IMG/VR virus record: IMGVR_UViG_3300035501_000169
Location: 30,455-94,454 of that record
Direction: 5' to 3' (one strand)
DNA length: 64,000 nt
Source: a virus
Lineage: Duplodnaviria > Caudoviricetes
Part shown: piece after piece, positions 61,500 through 64,000 of the stretch
Layout: every line of letters begins with the position of its first letter
How positions within the stretch are numbered: position 1 is the stretch's first letter
The notes under the pieces: model-generated
The model's input: only the letters and a program-made list of their open reading frames with translations
The model's database searches: none
Told to the model about the DNA's origin: nothing
Position numbers and translations under genes: made by a program

Positions 61500-62043
61500 T
61501 AGTTTCTATTTTAAGAATTGTTGGATAATCTGCTGTAATATCATAGTTAAGACAATCATCAACAGTTTCTAATTGACTAATTTCAAGAAGATGTTTTTGA
61601 GTATTGTCATAACATTCTTTAGCGTACATCTCTACAGCAGTTAAAAGAGATATAGCTTTTTCTACACTAATATCAAATTTCTTTTTATTAAACCACAAAG
61701 TTGTATCAGTACGACCAAGTGATTGTTCTTTAGAAAGAAGATTAGAAAGTTTAACACGAGTAGCTGCATCTAACCAAACTCTATATCCGTCAATATAGAA
61801 AGAGTTTACATCAGCACTATTATCATATTCATTTTGCAAATCAGTTAGGATATTTCTAACATCTTTTACTGTAGGATTATTACTGATATATGTGGAAATA
61901 TATCTAGTATCTCCTTGTAGTTCCTCTCCTTCTTCATTAGTGAAATTACTATTTAAAGAAAGCCGAAGAACATATTTATTAGTCTTTACATTAACACACT
62001 CAAGACTAACAATATCGTCTTTATTTGAATAAAGCCATCTCAT
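61492..62043 (-). CDS. DUF4376-like tail-fibre-associated protein
   Basis: YDNSADVNSF...WLDAATR...EMYAKECYDNTQKH...YDITADYP. Confidence 0.65.
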   Translation of the reverse strand: MRWLYSNKDDIVSLECVNVKTNKYVLRLSLNSNFTNEEGEELQGDTRYISTYISNNPTVKDVRNILTDLQNEYDNSADVNSFYIDGYRVWLDAATRVKLSNLLSKEQSLGRTDTTLWFNKKKFDISVEKAISLLTAVEMYAKECYDNTQKHLLEISQLETVDDCLNYDITADYPTILKIETNG

Positions 62044-62054
62044 TGTTTATAATA

Positions 62055-63326
62055 TTAAGTAAATTTATAAAAACCTTTATCAGTAACTATAATAGTAGTT
62101 GTAAACGGATAACTACGAGAATTAAATTGTTTACCAGCCTCTACAAGCATTTCACCAGTTGTACTGATATAAACATTCTCATGAAGTTCAGGTTTACCGT
62201 CTTTACCATTTTTATGATAATTACATTCAAACCTAAGATATTCTTGACCACGTTTAGTATAAACTACTGAGTTTGTAATTGTTAATGGAATATCTATAAC
62301 TTCCTTAACAAAATCCCTATCATGGACTTTAATGTCCAAATCATCGAAGTTCTGCACTCCTGTATATTTTAACCACAAGTAACGACAATTAGCATGAACA
62401 AATATTCCCCAATAACTACCAAGAATGTTTATATCTTTACTACTAAGATTACTAAAGTCCATATTTTTAATTTTATTAATAAAATTATGTTTAGTTTTCT
62501 TTCTAATCTTAATGTAATCTTTTCTTATGATATATCCAAGAAAATCTACGCCTTTAGTATCAATATTGTATATTTGATAATTATCTTTGAGTTTAACATT
62601 AAGTTCAGCTATCTTTACTTTTATCTCTTTGAAAATAGTATGAAGCTCTTCTTTAGTTTTAGCTAAGATAACCATATCGTCACAATATCTAAAATAACCT
62701 TTCATTCCTTTAGTTTCTTTAATCCAATGGTCAAAATCACTAAAATAAAAATTATTAAAATATTGAGAAGTATAATTACCAATAGGAACCCCATGTTCGC
62801 AACTATCTACAATAGTATATAAAAGCCAAAGTAAATCGTTATCTTTAAATTTATAACTAAGTTTATTTTTAAGTATATCCTTGTCTAAAGAAGGATAACA
62901 TTTATGAATATCAAGTTTTAGATAATAATTGTATTCATTAGTTCTAAGGGCTTTCTTAACTCTATTTAAACCAAAATGAATACCTTTGTATTTAATTGAA
63001 GAATAGGTATCAACTATAAAAGTTTCTCTAAAGATAGGTTCAATAATTGTCATAAGAGCATGTTGAACTATTCTATCTTTCATAGGAAGTCTATAGATTT
63101 CTCTATACTTTTCTCCTGTAAAAAGAGTAAAAACATCATAATCGGAAACTTTATAAGTTTTATCTATAACTTCAGCCAACAGTTTACGAAGATATTTATT
63201 AACACCACGACGTTCAATAAATTTAACTTCTTTATAATGTTTCTTACCTTTAGTAGCATTTTTATAAGCAAGTTTAAAATTATCAAAAGTAACAATGTCT
63301 TTCCAAAGATTTTTATATTGCTTCAT
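62055..63326 (-). CDS. DGR-type reverse transcriptase with a ~100-aa C-terminal extension
   Basis: DRIVQHA, YYLKLDIHKCYPS, GVPIGNYTSQ (DGR-type SQ), RYCDD (YCDD at 62676-62687) and DFLGY; adjacent TR/VR pair. Confidence 0.95.
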   Translation of the reverse strand: MKQYKNLWKDIVTFDNFKLAYKNATKGKKHYKEVKFIERRGVNKYLRKLLAEVIDKTYKVSDYDVFTLFTGEKYREIYRLPMKDRIVQHALMTIIEPIFRETFIVDTYSSIKYKGIHFGLNRVKKALRTNEYNYYLKLDIHKCYPSLDKDILKNKLSYKFKDNDLLWLLYTIVDSCEHGVPIGNYTSQYFNNFYFSDFDHWIKETKGMKGYFRYCDDMVILAKTKEELHTIFKEIKVKIAELNVKLKDNYQIYNIDTKGVDFLGYIIRKDYIKIRKKTKHNFINKIKNMDFSNLSSKDINILGSYWGIFVHANCRYLWLKYTGVQNFDDLDIKVHDRDFVKEVIDIPLTITNSVVYTKRGQEYLRFECNYHKNGKDGKPELHENVYISTTGEMLVEAGKQFNSRSYPFTTTIIVTDKGFYKFT

Positions 63327-63476
63327 ATTCTGTTGATTATATGACTTTCTTCATAACTTAGATTATACATATAATCTTTTATACTTACTTGTCTATTATT
63401 TATCTTTAACCAAGAGGTTAGGTAACATTATATTTACTCATTACATAAGACGATTTTTCGTCACAATCAACAGGAA

Positions 63477-63607
63477 GTAAACGAGAACTAATATTCGAAT
63501 TAGTATTACTGGTAGTATTATTCAAATTGAGATAACTAACACTGCTATTAGGATTAGCTGAATTATTGGACTGATGTGCAACATTACTAGTAGAATTAAC
63601 GTTGCTA
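63477..63607 (-). repeat. DGR template repeat (TR)
   Basis: 131-nt gapless match to 63753-63883; all 33 mismatches at minus-strand adenines of this copy; AAT-rich. Confidence 0.95.
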
Positions 63608-63693
63608 GTTGTTTTTATTATTCCAAAATTCATAATGCCAGCATTACTTATATTGAGTTCTTTAACATTACCTTTTATATTATTATCTAAATC

Positions 63694-64000
63694 TTAAAGT
63701 GTTTCTGTTGCGTCATCTATTACATGAATAGTATCCTCAGTCCCATCATATTGCAAACGAGAACTAATATACGAAAAAGCATCACCGGCAGCAAGACTCA
63801 AACCGAGATAACCAACACCGCCACCAGGATAAGCCGAATAACTGGACCGACGCGCAACAAAACCAGCAGAATGAACGCTGCCATAATCACAGAAACCAGT
63901 GTCAGAACTTCCACCAAACTCTTTTGCAAGAATATCAGCATGTGCGCCAAAACACATACGTTTAATATATCCTTCAGAATTAGCAGTATAACTGCCATGT
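63694..64000 (-). CDS. DGR target protein, C-terminal part (CLec-like; probable tail fibre/receptor-binding protein); 5' end outside the window
   Basis: frame open to the window edge; GGSSDTGFCDY...GVGYL...ISSRLQY resembles CLec-fold DGR target ends. Confidence 0.85.
   Translation of the reverse strand, partial: HGSYTANSEGYIKRMCFGAHADILAKEFGGSSDTGFCDYGSVHSAGFVARRSSYSAYPGGGVGYLGLSLAAGDAFSYISSRLQYDGTEDTIHVIDDATETL
63753..63883 (-). repeat. DGR variable repeat (VR)
   Basis: lies within the 3' end of the target ORF and differs from TR only at TR adenines. Confidence 0.95.

Larger units (their letters stand above)
62055..64000 (-). mobile_element. diversity-generating retroelement (target/VR - TR - RT)
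   Basis: RT plus adenine-specific TR/VR pair. Confidence 0.93.

Noticed and set aside
62055-63326. RT as group II intron, retron or Abi RT
   Set aside because: The PIGNYTSQ signature and the adjacent adenine-specific TR/VR pair identify a DGR; no maturase or endonuclease domain seen.
63418-63633. 71-aa Asn/Ser-rich ORF
   Set aside because: It is the DGR template repeat read in frame (AAT-rich), most likely non-coding.
1-64000. Stop-codon reassignment (known in some crAss-like phages)
   Set aside because: Standard-code ORFs tile both blocks densely, including 13.7 kb and 8.9 kb ORFs; no fragmentation and no suppressor tRNA seen.

Overview
This is a 64 kb slice of an AT-rich crAss-like phage (Crassvirales, probably Bacteroidota-infecting), read in the standard genetic code. 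From 1 to 20.9 kb a + strand block encodes replication and nucleotide functions: Dda/RecD-like helicase, family B DNA polymerase, degenerate SF2 helicase, ssDNA-annealing and SSB-like proteins, primase, ATP-dependent ligase, ThyX, Gp157, DUF932, dUTPase, thioredoxin and a nucleotidyltransferase. It converges at two terminators (about 21.0-21.1 kb) with a - strand virion block. That block carries a LysM/L,D-transpeptidase protein, a 4574-aa virion RNA polymerase (DFDID), a 2960-aa polyvalent protein, cargo, muzzle and ring-like tail proteins, a holin-like gene and, at the right end, a diversity-generating retroelement (target VR - TR - RT; 33 of 33 TR/VR mismatches at TR adenines; no avd gene). 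The most striking unexplained signal is a GC-rich 12-mer, TCTACGGGGGAG. It occurs 16 times (11 exact, 5 with one difference), mostly inside coding sequences in three different reading frames, about every 8 kb on each strand and in strictly alternating orientation. All family assignments come from motif recognition by eye, and no database searches were run.
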